Positions 51,787-62,061 are shown, counted from the first letter of the stretch. The stretch: DNA of 64,000 bases from Actinomycetota bacterium (GCA_051744345.1 JBNJCW010000002.1:1176-65175); one strand, 5' to 3'. Notes: generated by a model not told the origin, from the sequence alone. Numbers and translations are program-made.

Positions 51787-52780
51787 CTTCTGTATTTTCT
51801 GCCTTTTCTTTTTGCAGCGCCTTGTTGTCCTCATAGAACTTGTAGGCATCCACTATTTTCTGGACCAGCTTATGCCTTATGACATCTTTTGAAGTAAGGT
51901 TCACAAACTCTATACCCCTTATACCATTAAGGATTCCCCTTACCAGCACAAGGCCCGACTCTTTTTCCCTGGGCAGGTCAATCTGGGTTATATCACCGGT
52001 TATAACCACCTTGGACCCAAACCCAAGCCTGGTCAAAAACATCTTCATTTGCTCAGGGGAAGCGTTCTGCGCCTCATCCAGGATAATAAAGGAATCATTT
52101 AAGGTCCTGCCCCTCATATAGGCCAGGGGAACCACCTCAATTATTCCCATGTCCATATACTGCTGGAATATCTCCACATCCAGCATCTCATAAAGGGCAT
52201 CATAGAGAGGTTTTAGGTATGGGCTTACCTTGTCATAAATATCTCCCGGCAAATAGCCCAGTTTCTCCCCGGCTTCCACTACCGGTTTTACCAGTATTAT
52301 CCTTCCAATTTCATTCTGGCACAATGCATTTACCGCCATTGCCAGAGCAAGATAGGTCTTGCCGGTCCCTGCAGGCCCTATGCCGAATGCAATGGTATTT
52401 TCTTTTATGGCCCTTACATACTTTTCCTGCCCTTCGGTCCTGGGCTTGATTTTCTTTCCGCCATTTATGATTATCTGGCTGACCAAGGTTTCCACAGCAC
52501 CGGGCCCCTTATCTTCTAACAGGTTAACCGCCTCATCAAGCTTCTGCTCATTGATCCTCTGGCCCAGGTTTATCTGGAGCACTAGGTCGTTTAGGAGCTT
52601 GCTTGCCTTGTCCACATTGTTCTTCTTTCCTGATATCTCCACATCATTGCCCAGGACAAAGATATTTACATTATATTCTTCTTCAATCTGTTTTATAAGC
52701 TTATCCTTATGGCCCAATAGTTCAGCTATTGAGTGATTTTCATTAAAGTCCAGATGGATTTTCTGCTTAACTGGAGACAA
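51767..52780 (-). CDS. phoH: PhoH-like ATPase
   Basis: Walker A GPAGTGKTYLA. 337 aa. Position upstream of pgpH-ybeY is the conserved synteny. Confidence 0.9.
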   Translation of the reverse strand: MSPVKQKIHLDFNENHSIAELLGHKDKLIKQIEEEYNVNIFVLGNDVEISGKKNNVDKASKLLNDLVLQINLGQRINEQKLDEAVNLLEDKGPGAVETLVSQIIINGGKKIKPRTEGQEKYVRAIKENTIAFGIGPAGTGKTYLALAMAVNALCQNEIGRIILVKPVVEAGEKLGYLPGDIYDKVSPYLKPLYDALYEMLDVEIFQQYMDMGIIEVVPLAYMRGRTLNDSFIILDEAQNASPEQMKMFLTRLGFGSKVVITGDITQIDLPREKESGLVLVRGILNGIRGIEFVNLTSKDVIRHKLVQKIVDAYKFYEDNKALQKEKAENTEDDSKKE

Positions 52781-52832
52781 AAAAATCCCTCCCTTTTATT
52801 TTTCTTTTATCCTATATTATATCACGTTATTC

Positions 52833-53174
52833 TTAACCAGGAGGCCAGGTGAATTTTCTTTTGCCCAAAATATGAAAATGTAAATGATCCACGCTCTGCC
52901 CTGCTCCCCTGCCGGTATTGGTAACTACCCTGAAGCCGTCCTCTTCAAGCCCCATATCCCTGGCTACGCCGGCAATCACTTTAAACAATTCATCCAGTAC
53001 CCCATCAGCAAGGTTTTCTGCAGCCAGCACCGATTCAACATGCTGTTTGGGGATAGCCAGCAGATGGACAGGCGCCTTGGGATCTATATCCTTAAAAACC
53101 ATCACATTTTCAGTCTCTAGAACTATATTGCTTTCTATCTCTTTATTTGCTATCTTGCAAAAAAGGCAATCCAT
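52833..53174 (-). CDS. HIT family hydrolase
   Basis: Start MDCLFCKI. Histidine triad HLHFHILG. Confidence 0.8.
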   Translation of the reverse strand: MDCLFCKIANKEIESNIVLETENVMVFKDIDPKAPVHLLAIPKQHVESVLAAENLADGVLDELFKVIAGVARDMGLEEDGFRVVTNTGRGAGQSVDHLHFHILGKRKFTWPPG

Positions 53175-53259
53175 AAACGTCCCCCTGTTACTCTCCATTA
53201 TTTATCAAACTGATGATTATACACCATTTAAGTATTTTTACAACCTCACTTAATTTATT

Positions 53260-54507
53260 TCAAGTACCATATATTTTACCCCATAATCCATTTGCATACA
53301 TACTTTCTGTAAAAACTTCATAAATCCGGCCTTTCCTCAAACCCCCTGCCGGTTTAAAGAACACCTTTATGTAATTACCAGACATGCCTGTGCATAAATC
53401 AAGGTCTCTCCTTTCCAGCACCACCTGGAGGGCTTTTCCCGTATTTTTTGCCAGATACCTGCCCCTCAACTCCTCCCCCAACATGACAAGCTGCCTGCTC
53501 CTGGCCTTCTTAAGCTCCTCGGGGACATGGCCGCCCATTCCAGCGGCAGCTGTTTTTTTTCTTCTGGAATACTTAAATACATGAAGCTTGGAAAAGGAAG
53601 CCTTGCGGGCTGCTTCCATGGTTTGCATAAAATCATCTTCACCCTCTCCCGGAAAACCAACCATCAGGTCAGTGGTTATGGATACAGAAGGCATAATTTC
53701 TGTAATCCTTGCTATCCTGTTAAAAAAATATTCCCTGCTGTAGGGCCGCCCCATGGATTCAAGTATCCTGTTGCTTCCGCTCTGAAGGGGAATATGCAGG
53801 TGGTCACATATCCTGCTTCCGCTGCCTGCCATAAGGTTTAACAGCCCGTCGGTTACCTCTCCTATCTCTATGGAGCTTAGCCTGATCCTCTTTATGTCCG
53901 TCTTAGCCAAAATATCTTCAATCAAATCCTCAAGTCCGTAATCTCCGGCCAAATCAATCCCGTACCTTCCCAGGTGTATGCCGGTAATAACCGCCTCCTG
54001 GTAACCGCTTCCTGCTGCCTGTTTTACCATGTTTACCGCCTGCTGGGGAGCGACACTGCGGTAACCTCCCCTTACCAGGGGAACTATGCAGTAACTGCAG
54101 AACTGCTGGCATCCGTCCTGTACTTTTACCATTGGCCTGGAATGCATGCCCCCGGGTATGCTTTTGCAGTCCTTTTTTGCCTGTACCAGGTTGCCTATGT
54201 CCATCTTGTCCCTGTTTGCAACTACAAGGTGGGCTCCCTCTTTTTCTAAAAACTCCCTGTTGAGCTCAGCAAAGCAGCCGGTAACCACCAGCATTGCGCG
54301 GGGGCAGGCTTTTTTTATCTTCCTTATGGCCTGCCTTACCTTTTTGTCGGTATGCGAAGTTACTGTACATGTATTTATAATGCACCAGTCAGGAGACTGG
54401 TTCATTCCTACCTGCTTCAATCCCTTTTTGACCAGCTTGCCTGAAATCTCATCTGTCTCAGCCTGGTTTACCTTGCATCCCAGGGTATGGGTATAAAATT
54501 TATCCAT
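53260..54507 (-). CDS. mtaB: tRNA methylthiotransferase MtaB (MiaB-like radical SAM)
   Basis: N-terminal MTTase Cys (TLGCKVNQ...NTCTVT), radical SAM CSYC, and TRAM domain. Position next to rsmE matches yqeV in Bacillus. Confidence 0.8.
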   Translation of the reverse strand: MDKFYTHTLGCKVNQAETDEISGKLVKKGLKQVGMNQSPDWCIINTCTVTSHTDKKVRQAIRKIKKACPRAMLVVTGCFAELNREFLEKEGAHLVVANRDKMDIGNLVQAKKDCKSIPGGMHSRPMVKVQDGCQQFCSYCIVPLVRGGYRSVAPQQAVNMVKQAAGSGYQEAVITGIHLGRYGIDLAGDYGLEDLIEDILAKTDIKRIRLSSIEIGEVTDGLLNLMAGSGSRICDHLHIPLQSGSNRILESMGRPYSREYFFNRIARITEIMPSVSITTDLMVGFPGEGEDDFMQTMEAARKASFSKLHVFKYSRRKKTAAAGMGGHVPEELKKARSRQLVMLGEELRGRYLAKNTGKALQVVLERRDLDLCTGMSGNYIKVFFKPAGGLRKGRIYEVFTESMYANGLWGKIYGT

Positions 54508-55225
54508 TTTTCTTCCTGTAAAAATAATCAATTACCGAAAGCATATACAGCGAGGCTGTTTCTGCCCTCAGTATGTTTTTTGCCAAACTTACCGCCGCCG
54601 CCCCCTTTTTTTTCAGCAGCTCTACTTCCTGCCTTTCAAATCCGCCCTCTGGCCCGGTTAGGACGGCAATACTTTTATGGCTTTGGCCGTTACCCAGCAA
54701 AAGGTCTCTGCTGCTCTCCTCATAGGGCAGATAGAACAGACTGTAGCCGGAAGGGGAAACGGTTTTGATATCTGCCGGTTCGGCTACGGTAGTAATAAAA
54801 TTCCTCTTGCTCTGTTTGCATGCCTGCTCTGCAATTTTTTGCCAGCGCCCTATTTTAGAACCAACCCTGCCCGGGTCAACCACCACCCTTCCGCTTATAA
54901 CCGGGACAATGGTATCCGCCCCTATCTCGCAGGCTTTCTGCAGCACAAGCTCCATGGCAGCTTTTTTCAATATACACTGGAAAAGGGTAGCCTGGGGGAA
55001 ACTTCTCTCAATTTTCTGCCTGGAGACAACCGAAAGCAGTGCGTGATTTTTTTTAACCGCTGCCAGATCTGCTTCATACCGCAAGCTTTTATTATCAGAA
55101 AGCATTACCCTACTTCCGACCTGAGCCCTCAGTACCTTGACCAGGTGATTAAAATCATCTCCGGCAAGTACAATATTTTCGCCGTCAATACTGTCAGGGT
55201 TAATAAAAAAATATGGATAGCTCAT
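54500..55225 (-). CDS. rsmE: 16S rRNA (uracil1498-N3)-methyltransferase RsmE
   Basis: 241 aa with the SPOUT/RsmE C-terminal GPEGGF motif (LTGPEGGFERQEVELL). Confidence 0.85.
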   Translation of the reverse strand: MSYPYFFINPDSIDGENIVLAGDDFNHLVKVLRAQVGSRVMLSDNKSLRYEADLAAVKKNHALLSVVSRQKIERSFPQATLFQCILKKAAMELVLQKACEIGADTIVPVISGRVVVDPGRVGSKIGRWQKIAEQACKQSKRNFITTVAEPADIKTVSPSGYSLFYLPYEESSRDLLLGNGQSHKSIAVLTGPEGGFERQEVELLKKKGAAAVSLAKNILRAETASLYMLSVIDYFYRKKNG

Positions 55226-55234
55226 CAGACTAAA

Positions 55235-56365
55235 TTATTTCCTGAAGGCATTCCTCAAGCTGGAGAAAAAGTCGCTTCCATTGCCCACATCTTCATCCCT
55301 TCCCCGGGCATACCTGGCCAGCATCTCTGCCTCCTGTTCTGAAAGCCTGGTAGGTATGGTAACCTTTACGTTAACTATATGGTCACCCCTCCGGTACCCG
55401 TTAAGCGGGACAAACCCCCGGGCTTTCAGTACTTTCTTGGTCCCCGGCTGGGTTCCTGGTTTTATGTCCATCTCTTCTTCCCCGTCCAGGGTAGGAATCT
55501 TAACCTTGCAGCCCAGGGCTGCCTGGGCAAAGGATATCTCTGCATCATACACCACATTATCCCTTTCCCTTTTAAGCTCAGGATGGGGCTCTACATTAAC
55601 CGTCAGGTACAGATCCCCGCTAACCGAATCCCTTCCGAGGGAATTTCCCTTTCCGGTTACCCTCAGCCGGTCCTTATCGTGTATGCCTGCAGGAATATCG
55701 ACCTTAACCTTCTTTTTCTTTTTATGGTACCCGCTTCCCCCGCATTTCCTGCAGGGATCAGTTACAACCTTCCCGTTTCCCCCGCAGTTCTTGCAGGTAG
55801 AAGTGGTTACAATGCTGCCCAAAAAGGTCTGCCGCTGGTTCCTTACCTGGCCTGTTCCCCCGCAGAGAGAGCAGGTGCCCAGGCCTTCTTCACTTTTGCT
55901 TCCCCTTCCTCCGCATTCTTCACATAGGTCATCTGCAGTGTATTCAACCTCTTTCTTTATGCCGAAAGCAGACTCCTTAAAACTTATGGTTACCTGTGAC
56001 TCCACGTCTGAACCGCGGCTCTGCCGCCTCCTGGTACGGGAAGAAAATCCCTGCCCAAAGCTGCTTCCGAAAAACATATCGAAAATATCTCCAAAACCAA
56101 ACTCTTCAAAAACACTGCCAAAATCAGATTCGTTGAATAGGTTATTGCTGAATCCGTACTGGTCATAATGCATCCTTTTCCTGTCATCGCTTAATACAGC
56201 ATAAGCCTCGGATACTTCCTTGAATTTTTCCTCGGCATCCGGGTCCCCGTTGTTTACATCAGGATGGTATTTATGTGCCAGCTTTCTGTATGCTTTTTTT
56301 AGTTCTTCCTTGCTGCACTGCTTGGTAACACCAAGGACTTCATAATAATCTCTCTTTTGCGCCAC
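55235..56365 (-). CDS. dnaJ: Molecular chaperone DnaJ
   Basis: J domain (YHPDVN), G/F-rich region and four CxxCxGxG zinc repeats. Confidence 0.95.
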   Translation of the reverse strand: MAQKRDYYEVLGVTKQCSKEELKKAYRKLAHKYHPDVNNGDPDAEEKFKEVSEAYAVLSDDRKRMHYDQYGFSNNLFNESDFGSVFEEFGFGDIFDMFFGSSFGQGFSSRTRRRQSRGSDVESQVTISFKESAFGIKKEVEYTADDLCEECGGRGSKSEEGLGTCSLCGGTGQVRNQRQTFLGSIVTTSTCKNCGGNGKVVTDPCRKCGGSGYHKKKKKVKVDIPAGIHDKDRLRVTGKGNSLGRDSVSGDLYLTVNVEPHPELKRERDNVVYDAEISFAQAALGCKVKIPTLDGEEEMDIKPGTQPGTKKVLKARGFVPLNGYRRGDHIVNVKVTIPTRLSEQEAEMLARYARGRDEDVGNGSDFFSSLRNAFRK

Positions 56366-56435
56366 TTCTTACATCACCTCAATTTTTTTATGCCTGAAGT
56401 TCAAAATGATAAAACATTTTCACTATTTTTTCCAA

Positions 56436-57470
56436 TCATCTTTTAGAAGCAAACAGTTCGCTCAGGTTTACCCTGAAAACATCAAGCACATTTATCACCT
56501 TGCAGTAGTCCATCCTTTTGGGGCCCAGCACCCCTATGGCACCAGAAGGCTGGTTATGGATTTTATATTTTGAAGCTATCAGGCTCAGCTCGTCTGTCTC
56601 CTGGTTAAAAACCTCAGAACCGATTTTTATGATAAAGTCGCTGTCCTTGGAAATATCCAGGAGTATCTTCATAAGCATATACTCGTTCTCTATAATCCTT
56701 AGCACCTTCCTGATTTTTGCCAGGTCTATAAATTCCGGCTGGTTGAGCACATCGGAGGTGCCGTGGACATATATATGGTTGTACTGCAGGCTCTGGGCCG
56801 CATAATCCTTTATAAGGCCTAACACTTTCTTGGCTATCAGCACCAGGTACGACTCACCTTCCGGCAGCTTTAAATTCTCCGTGTCGATATCTGCAATAAG
56901 TTTATCTTTAAACTGCATATTGAGTATATTGGACAGCGCCTGCAAATCAAGGTTTGAGTATGAGCCGTCCATGGAGAAATGCCTTTTATATACCCTGCCG
57001 GTGTCGGTTATAAGGACCATCAGGAAGTTGTTTCCCTCAAGCTTTAAAAGCTCTATATGTCTCAGCCTGCTCTGGCTAAGCGTAGGAGCCACAATCATGG
57101 AAAGGTAGTTGGTAATCCTGGCCAGGTTCTCAGAGGATTTTTTAAGTACGGTCTCAAGCTCCATATCCCCGGAAACCTCCATATTTATTGCAGGCATATC
57201 CTTATTATTTTTCTTGTGCAGCCCTGTTTCTATCAGGTTATCTACATAAAACCTGTAACCCTTATCAGTAGGTATCCTCCCTGCAGAGGTATGGGGATGG
57301 GTAAGATAGCCCATCTCTTCCAGCTCCGACATCTCCTTCCGGATGGTGGCCGTACTCACATCGAGGCTTGGGCTCGAGGCCACGCTTTTTGAGGATACAG
57401 GCTCGGCATCATCTATATACCGGGCCGCCACCTGCTTTATTATCTCTTTCTTTCTTTCACTTAATTTCAT
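56436..57470 (-). CDS. hrcA: Heat-inducible transcription repressor HrcA
   Basis: N-terminal winged HTH (ERKKEIIKQVAARYIDDAEPVSSKSVA) and the HrcA C-terminal domain. 344 aa. Confidence 0.9.
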   Translation of the reverse strand: MKLSERKKEIIKQVAARYIDDAEPVSSKSVASSPSLDVSTATIRKEMSELEEMGYLTHPHTSAGRIPTDKGYRFYVDNLIETGLHKKNNKDMPAINMEVSGDMELETVLKKSSENLARITNYLSMIVAPTLSQSRLRHIELLKLEGNNFLMVLITDTGRVYKRHFSMDGSYSNLDLQALSNILNMQFKDKLIADIDTENLKLPEGESYLVLIAKKVLGLIKDYAAQSLQYNHIYVHGTSDVLNQPEFIDLAKIRKVLRIIENEYMLMKILLDISKDSDFIIKIGSEVFNQETDELSLIASKYKIHNQPSGAIGVLGPKRMDYCKVINVLDVFRVNLSELFASKR

Positions 57471-57490
57471 AAGTATCTTAACCGCTCCAT

Positions 57491-57519
57491 TTGACTTTTT
57501 AACAATTGGTGGTAATATA
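57491..57519 (+). promoter_or_regulatory. Sigma70-like promoter for the thi operon (TTGACT, 17 nt, TAATAT)
   Basis: -35 TTGACT at 57491-57496 and -10 TAATAT at 57514-57519, about 55 nt upstream of the TPP riboswitch. Confidence 0.45.
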
Positions 57520-57576
57520 TTTCCGTAATATACATTACCATTATAATGAATATTCTTTGAAAATTGAATAAGGAAG

Positions 57577-57658
57577 CGCTGGGGGAGCCATTGAGCTGAG
57601 AGGGCAGTTTAGCTGCCGACCCCAACCACCTGACCTAGATAATACTAGCGTAGGGAAG
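57577..57658 (+). promoter_or_regulatory. TPP (THI-box) riboswitch
   Basis: The sequence gctgggggagcc...gctgagagg...gaccccaaccacctgacctagataatactagcgtagggaa contains the conserved CUGAGA and ACCUGA..GGAUAAUAC.AGCGUAGGGAA elements. Located upstream of thiD. Confidence 0.8.
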
Positions 57659-57725
57659 TGTATTTTAAAAATATAATGCCAACCTGTGCTGGGTTGGTTT
57701 TTTTATTTATGTAAAGGGTTTTATT

Positions 57726-58532
57726 ATGAACTATGAGGCAAAAGCACTAGCCATCGCCGGTTCGGATTCCGGAGGCGGGGCAGGAATACAGGCGGACCTG
57801 AAAACTTTTCAGGCTTTTAATGTATACGGGATGACAGCCATAACCTCTGTGACTGCCCAGAATACAGTAGGGTTAAGGTCCATATTTGACCTGGACCCAG
57901 CCATAGTAGCAGACCAGATAGAGATGGTGGTAGAAGATATAGGAGTGGATGCGGTTAAGGTGGGAATGCTTTCCAATGCCCGCATTATAGAAGAGGTGAT
58001 AAGGTGTGTAAAAAAATACCGGCTTAAGAAAATAGTAGTGGATCCTGTAATGGTCTCCAAAACCGGAGCATCCCTCTTAAAACCGGAAGCCCAGAAAAGC
58101 CTTAACGGCCTCCTTGAGATTGCTTTTCTGGCCACTCCCAATATTTATGAAGCTGAAAAGATATCAGGTATGGAAATTAAGGATCTGAAAGGTGTAGAAA
58201 AAGCAGCACGCCTGCTTTCCTCTATGGGCATAGAAAACACCCTTATAAAAGGCGGCCACCTTAAGGGGGATAAGGTGGTAGACATATTATATGATGGCAA
58301 AGGTTTCCATCATTTTGAATCGCCCCGGATAAAAACAAAAAACACTCACGGCACGGGATGCACCTATTCTTCCGCCATCGCTGCTTCCCTGGCCAAGGGA
58401 CTGAATTTAAGGGAAGCGGTCTATATTGCAAAAGACTATATAAGCAGGGCTCTGAAGGAATCTCCAGCAAGCCTCGGGCAGGGCAACGGCCCGCTTTACC
58501 ATAATATCAAACCTATCGGGGGCAAAAGATGA
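57726..58532 (+). CDS. thiD: Hydroxymethylpyrimidine/phosphomethylpyrimidine kinase ThiD
   Basis: AGSDSGGGAGIQADLKT N-terminal motif. 268 aa. Confidence 0.9.
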   Translation: MNYEAKALAIAGSDSGGGAGIQADLKTFQAFNVYGMTAITSVTAQNTVGLRSIFDLDPAIVADQIEMVVEDIGVDAVKVGMLSNARIIEEVIRCVKKYRLKKIVVDPVMVSKTGASLLKPEAQKSLNGLLEIAFLATPNIYEAEKISGMEIKDLKGVEKAARLLSSMGIENTLIKGGHLKGDKVVDILYDGKGFHHFESPRIKTKNTHGTGCTYSSAIAASLAKGLNLREAVYIAKDYISRALKESPASLGQGNGPLYHNIKPIGGKR

Positions 58533-59188
58533 ACATAATGTCAAGGCTCAGAAAAGATTCCAAACAAATATGGGACAGTATAGAGGAACACCCTTTCATA
58601 GTGGAGCTTTGTAATGGCAGCCTTCCCCTTGAAAAGTTCAAGCATTATGTCTTGCAGGAATACCACTTTCTGGTAGCTGGCATCAGAAATTTTAGCATCA
58701 TAGCATCCAGGGCTGAACCTGTGGAAGATATCATAGAACTGGTAGAAATCTCCCCTGGGATAGCGGTAAGCGAGTATAAAAATTACCTTAAACTGCTTGA
58801 AAGCCTGGGGTTGGGCTTGGAAGATGCAAAGGCTACCCAGCCCATACCCATTGTTTGTGCATATTCTGATTTTCTGATATCGGTTAGCTACCTAGGGTCT
58901 TATCCAGAAGCTCTCATCGCCATACTCCCCTGTTTCTGGTCCTACTGTGAAATAATTAAACCCCATAAGGAAAAACTTGACAGTAACCGCTGCCAGCTAT
59001 ACCAAAACTGGGCAAAGGCTTACTGCTCCTCTTCCTATTATGAGGTAATGGATAGGATAAAGGAGGTAGCAGAGAGGGCGTCGGCAAATACTCCCTATCA
59101 GAAACTGAAATATTTGTTTTTAAAAGCAAGCAGGTATGAATACATGTACTGGGACAATATGTATAACCTCAAAGGGTGGGATATATGA
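58529..59188 (+). CDS. tenA: Aminopyrimidine aminohydrolase TenA (thiaminase II)
   Basis: TenA/THI-4 family fold, 219 aa. Sits in the thi operon. Confidence 0.75.
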   Translation: MNIMSRLRKDSKQIWDSIEEHPFIVELCNGSLPLEKFKHYVLQEYHFLVAGIRNFSIIASRAEPVEDIIELVEISPGIAVSEYKNYLKLLESLGLGLEDAKATQPIPIVCAYSDFLISVSYLGSYPEALIAILPCFWSYCEIIKPHKEKLDSNRCQLYQNWAKAYCSSSYYEVMDRIKEVAERASANTPYQKLKYLFLKASRYEYMYWDNMYNLKGWDI

Positions 59189-59949
59189 AAATACTTCTTA
59201 CTAATGATGACGGCATAGAGTCAGAAGGGATAAAAAAGCTTGCAGCCAAACTTGCAAGGACCGAGGAGCTGTATGTGGTTGCCCCCCATAGGAAGCTGCA
59301 CGGTGCCAGCTGCAGCATAACCTTCGATCAGCCGGTAAAAGTACAGGAATTTCCTCTGGGGCTGGGGGAGAAAAAATCGTACCAGGTCAAGGGAACCCCT
59401 GCAGACTGTGTAATTCTGGGGCTGGATGCACTTGCCAGCGGGATTAAGCTGGTAATATCCGGGATAAATGATGAGCCCAATGTGGGTGATGATGTGAGGT
59501 TTTCTGGAACCATTGGGGCCTGCACCGAGGCTTCTTTCTCAGGAGTAAGCTCTTTTGGCATATCCCTTGAATATGGCAGGGAAGATTTTGATGCGGCAGT
59601 GGAATTTTCCAGTTACCTGGTGCAGTTTCTAAAAAAACACGCCCTTGCCCCGGGGGTTTTTCTAAATATAAATATGCCTCCGGCAAGCCTTGAACAGATA
59701 AAGGGCGTAAAATTTGTCAGGCTGGGAAGAAGGAGGTACAGAGACAGGGTGCATAAGATAACCAGCCCCTACGGAGAAACCTTTTACTGGATAGGGGGCA
59801 AACAGATTCCCGGCTACGGGAAGGATACCTTAAACTCAGCCTTAAAAGATAATTACATAGCTGTAACTCCCATGGCTGTAGATTCAACAAGTTACGATTT
59901 TTTAAAGGAGATGATAAACAATTGGACCATGAAATTTCCCAAATTCTAA
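59176..59949 (+). CDS. surE: SurE-family 5'/3'-nucleotidase embedded in the thi operon
   Basis: MKILLTNDDGIESEGI N-terminal SurE signature. 257 aa. Confidence 0.8.
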   Translation: MGYMKILLTNDDGIESEGIKKLAAKLARTEELYVVAPHRKLHGASCSITFDQPVKVQEFPLGLGEKKSYQVKGTPADCVILGLDALASGIKLVISGINDEPNVGDDVRFSGTIGACTEASFSGVSSFGISLEYGREDFDAAVEFSSYLVQFLKKHALAPGVFLNINMPPASLEQIKGVKFVRLGRRRYRDRVHKITSPYGETFYWIGGKQIPGYGKDTLNSALKDNYIAVTPMAVDSTSYDFLKEMINNWTMKFPKF

Positions 59950-60740
59950 CCAAGGCTTCGCAAAGCTGGGACAGAATAGAGGAGAAAAAGCCACTCATCC
60001 ACCACATAACCAATTTTGTAGCTATGGCCGAACAGGCCCATCTTACCCTGGCACTGGGTGCGAGCCCGGTTATGGCTCCAGATCTGGGGGAATCTTCAGA
60101 AATGGCCAGTCATGCTGATGCACTATTGTTAAACATAGGTACCCCTTCGCAAGAACAATTAGACTCCATGCTTTCTGCCCACCAGCAAGCAAATAAAAAA
60201 GGGATATCCGTACTTCTGGACCCGGTAGGTTACGGAGCAACTAAGCTCAGAAACAGGGTTGTTTTAAAGATTTTAGACAACGGTCCGGTTTCCATAATAA
60301 AAGGAAACCATGGGGAGGTTTCCGCCCTGGCCGGAAGCACAGGAACCGTCAAAGGGGTAGATTCAAAGGTTACCGGTGATTCCAATTTGAAAAATACAGT
60401 AGATTCTCTGGCCAAAAAATATAATGCGGTGGTGGTATCCACCGGTAAAAAAGATCTGATTTCAGACGGCAGCAGGGTAATTTCAGTAGCCGGCGGCAAC
60501 CCACTTCTGACCAGTATTTCAGGCTCCGGGTGCTGGCTGGGGACCATCATAGCATCAGCTGCAGCCGTTTCAGATGATGCGTTTACTGCTTCCCTGAGCG
60601 GAACAGTTGCTTTAAAGCTGGCATCGGAGAGAATTAAACCGGCAGGGGTAGGAATGTTCAGGATCAGTCTTTTGGATAAACTGGCCGAAATTAAAGGAGA
60701 AGACCTGCTGGCCAAAGGAGATGCAATAAAATGGATCTGA
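59922..60740 (+). CDS. thiM: Hydroxyethylthiazole kinase ThiM
   Basis: 272 aa ThiM fold with ATP-binding motifs. Confidence 0.85.
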   Translation: MDHEISQILTKASQSWDRIEEKKPLIHHITNFVAMAEQAHLTLALGASPVMAPDLGESSEMASHADALLLNIGTPSQEQLDSMLSAHQQANKKGISVLLDPVGYGATKLRNRVVLKILDNGPVSIIKGNHGEVSALAGSTGTVKGVDSKVTGDSNLKNTVDSLAKKYNAVVVSTGKKDLISDGSRVISVAGGNPLLTSISGSGCWLGTIIASAAAVSDDAFTASLSGTVALKLASERIKPAGVGMFRISLLDKLAEIKGEDLLAKGDAIKWI

Positions 60741-61366
60741 GCCTCTACCTTGTAACCGATGAAAAAATAGGGCTGGGAAGGCCCCATACCTACCTCAGCC
60801 AACAGGCCCTGGAGGGGGGAGTAAGGGCAGTCCAGCTAAGGGATAAGCAAAAGAGCAGCAGAGAATTATATGATATAGGCCTGAGGCTTAGAAAAATTAC
60901 CAAAAAATTTAATGCACTGTTTATCGTCAATGACAGGCTGGACATTGCCCTGGCAACGGAAGCTGACGGTGTGCATCTGGGCAAGGATGACCTGCCAATT
61001 TCTGTTGCCCGCAGTATAGCAGGAAAAAACTTTATAATAGGAGCCTCGGTTTCCACGGTCGCCGAAGCTGTGCAGGCTCAGAGGGAGGGGGCAAGTTATC
61101 TAAGTGCCCAGAGCATATTTAAAACAACCAGCAAGGATGATGTTGGGGTTGTAGGTCTGAATACGCTCAGGAAAATCTCCGGGCAGAGCAGGATACCGGT
61201 TATAGCCATAGGGGGGATCAATACTGAAAATGTGGAACAGGTAATAGGTGCCGGTGCTGCCGGAGTAGCGGTAATATCAGCTATTGTAGCAAAAAAGGAT
61301 GTAAAAAGCGCAAGCTTAAAGCTAAAAGAAAAGATAGATAAACAGATTCCACCAGGCAAAAAATAG
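60731..61366 (+). CDS. thiE: Thiamine-phosphate synthase ThiE
   Basis: MDLSLYLVTD start, QLRDK, and the ThiE TIM-barrel motif IGGINTENV. Confidence 0.9.
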   Translation: MDLSLYLVTDEKIGLGRPHTYLSQQALEGGVRAVQLRDKQKSSRELYDIGLRLRKITKKFNALFIVNDRLDIALATEADGVHLGKDDLPISVARSIAGKNFIIGASVSTVAEAVQAQREGASYLSAQSIFKTTSKDDVGVVGLNTLRKISGQSRIPVIAIGGINTENVEQVIGAGAAGVAVISAIVAKKDVKSASLKLKEKIDKQIPPGKK

Positions 61367-61397
61367 ATAAGATAAAGCCGGCAGGAAAGGAAGGGTT

Positions 61398-62057
61398 ATG
61401 GAAAAATTTAAAAAGGCAATAGTGGTAACCAATGGAGAGATCAAAGACCCGGATAAGATAAAAAAACACCTAAAATATTTTGGGTTTGGAAGAGAGGACC
61501 TGGTTATAAGTGCTGATGGAGGAGCCAAAAATGCCATAAGGCTGGGGCTGGATACCCGCCTGTTAACTGGTGATATGGACAGCATAGATGAAGAAGTAAG
61601 GGAAAACCTTAAGTCCGGGGGGGCAGAATTTGTATTAGAGCCTTTGGAGAAAGATTACACCGATACCCACCTGGCCTTAAGGCAAGCCATAAAAAAGGGA
61701 GCTGAGCAAATAATAATACTAGCTGCTATCGGAGACCGGGTAGACCACAGCCTGGCCAATTTGCTGCTACTGGCCGACCCTTTCCTTTCCGGAACCGATG
61801 TGAGGATAATTACAGAAACAGAAGAGATTTTTGTTGTCAGGAAACCGGTTCGGTTGGAAGGAAGTAAAGGCAGGCGCCTCAGCCTTTTCTCCCTTACCCC
61901 CTACACCCTTTTTAGAGAAAGCAGGGGACTGAAATACGGGCTTAAGAACGAAAAGCTTCTTTTTTCCCCCATAAGGGGAGTGAGCAACGAGTTTACCCAG
62001 GATAGCGCATACCTGGGAATAAAAGAAGGCATACTTCTTGTAATAAAAGAGCTATAA
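61398..62057 (+). CDS. thiN: Thiamine pyrophosphokinase (ThiN/TPK)
   Basis: SADGGAKNA and GDMDSI motifs. 219 aa. Confidence 0.75.
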   Translation: MEKFKKAIVVTNGEIKDPDKIKKHLKYFGFGREDLVISADGGAKNAIRLGLDTRLLTGDMDSIDEEVRENLKSGGAEFVLEPLEKDYTDTHLALRQAIKKGAEQIIILAAIGDRVDHSLANLLLLADPFLSGTDVRIITETEEIFVVRKPVRLEGSKGRRLSLFSLTPYTLFRESRGLKYGLKNEKLLFSPIRGVSNEFTQDSAYLGIKEGILLVIKEL

Positions 62058-62061
62058 GTTT

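Noticed and set aside
57471-57725. CIRCE operator upstream of hrcA
   Set aside because: No TTAGCACTC N9 GAGTGCTAA on either strand. The region instead holds the thi promoter and the TPP riboswitch. The gggggagcca inside the riboswitch resembles the repeat core but is part of the conserved riboswitch P1/P2 region, so that resemblance is coincidental.
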